Shown here piece after piece: positions 62,800 to 64,000 of a DNA stretch of 64,000 nt (the first letter of the stretch is position 1; each line of letters starts with the position of its first letter). Both the position numbers and the translations under genes were made by a program. The stretch comes from the human T2T-CHM13v2.0 reference genome, Homo sapiens. The stretch lies in assembly GCF_009914755.1 (NCBI RefSeq), contig NC_060938.1, one strand, 5' to 3'. A model generated the notes under the pieces. It had not been told where the DNA came from. It saw only the letters and a program-made list of their open reading frames with translations, and did no database searches.

Positions 62800-62998
62800 C
62801 TCAAGCCATCCTCCCACCTCAGCCTCCTGAGTAGCTGGGACTGTAGTGGCCACCACACCAGGCTAATTTTTTTTTTTTTTTTTGTGGAGCCTGGGGTCTC
62901 TGTTGCCCAGGCAGGTCTTGACTCTTGTCTTCAAGTGATCCTCCTGTATCTGCCTCCCAAAATGCTGGGATTACAGGCGTGAGCCACTGCTCCTGGCC
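62800..62998 (-). mobile_element. AluJ-like lacking its 3' end and tail
   Basis: Begins abruptly at ctcaagccatcctcccacctc and runs to the Alu 5' end ...cctggcc. Confidence 0.85.
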
Positions 62999-63863
62999 CC
63001 TATTTGGTCTTTTATTATATGGATTATGCATAAAGTTCATTAGTAACCACATATATATTAGTAAATTTCCATATGAATGTTTAAATTCTACACTCTGGCA
63101 CTTTTTCATGGGCTCAGTCAGTATTTACTTTGTTGATATTGCTAGTCAAGGCATATGCTTTAATTAAGCATGTATTATTATTTTACAAAGGGAAAAATAA
63201 AACTGGCTCACTAAATAGCTAAATGTTCTTTCCAGAAATAAACATTTGCCTTTATTTTTTGCCAGTTTACCTGCTTCCAAATTGCCCTTCCCAAAGGCAG
63301 TTTAAAATTTATACAGTTTGAACGTGGTTTCTACATGATCTAAATGATAGTAATCTTTGTATTTCAGACCACAAAGCAAGTACTCAGAAAATACTTGTTC
63401 CAAGAACCACTGACTTAATGATTTAGTAAACTACCAAGTTAAGAGAAACAAACCTCCACAGTATACCATTTGGAAGATATATATGGAATATTAATATTTA
63501 GTTTGTGAACTTTTTCTTTTGGCTGTGAGTAAGTCTGAACTTGGCTGTACGAGGGCTTAGAAAATTTTGGTTTCTTATACTACATACCTTAGGTTAGCTC
63601 AGTCCTAATGGCTTCCGCCCTCATTGTTACAAGTTTGTTTACATAGCATGCATACCTTTTTGAGCAGAGTGGTGTATATTGACCACAACATACACATTTC
63701 CACACCCACGTAAACACGAACCAGGGTGTGTATACAAGTACAGACACATAAGCAAAAACCAGTAGTGCCTGTCATTAAAATTTAGTTCATTACACCCAGG
63801 ACTGCCTTCCCCTCATGGGTAAGGTCCCTGATGTTGTCTTTGCCTTTGCGGAAATCACCACAG

Positions 63864-63988
63864 GTTTGGAGTGAGCCGTAGATCCCCAGCCTCCATTGAC
63901 AGGCAGAACACCCAGTCAGATATTGGTGGCAGCGGAAAATCCACGCCTAGCTGGCAAAGAAGTGAGGATAGCATTGCTGACCAGATGG
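63864..63988 (+). CDS. SIPA1L1: Coding exon (125 nt, phase 2->1): [41 protein letters not shown]
   Basis: Acceptor caccacAG|G, donor ATG G|GTAAGT. Open frame continues from 60610. Confidence 0.92.
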
Positions 63989-64000
63989 GTAAGTAATCAA

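Overview
Primate, most likely human, genomic DNA (Alu/L1/MIR-rich, with an AluYa5) lying wholly inside one + strand gene. Eight internal coding exons splice in frame with canonical AG/GT borders. They encode the RapGAP domain (KRHIGND 'Asn thumb'), the PDZ domain ([12 protein letters not shown]) and the start of the Ser-rich region of SIPA1L1 (SPAR/E6TP1); the start and stop codons lie outside the window. The rest is intronic: about 20 Alu-family SINEs, several L1s, L2/MIR relics, DNA-transposon fossils, two LTR pieces and tandem repeats. I see no new self-contained system (no CRISPR, RNA gene or second gene). The best leads are: a candidate in-frame 6-nt microexon after the PDZ exon; an inverted Alu pair, one a human-specific AluYa5, around an 849-nt exon block that would circularise into a stop-free ORF; a perfect 42-bp hairpin inside an Alu; and a twin-primed L1PA with an apparent target-site deletion. 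Repeat subfamily names come from recalled consensus sequences and need RepeatMasker/Dfam confirmation.
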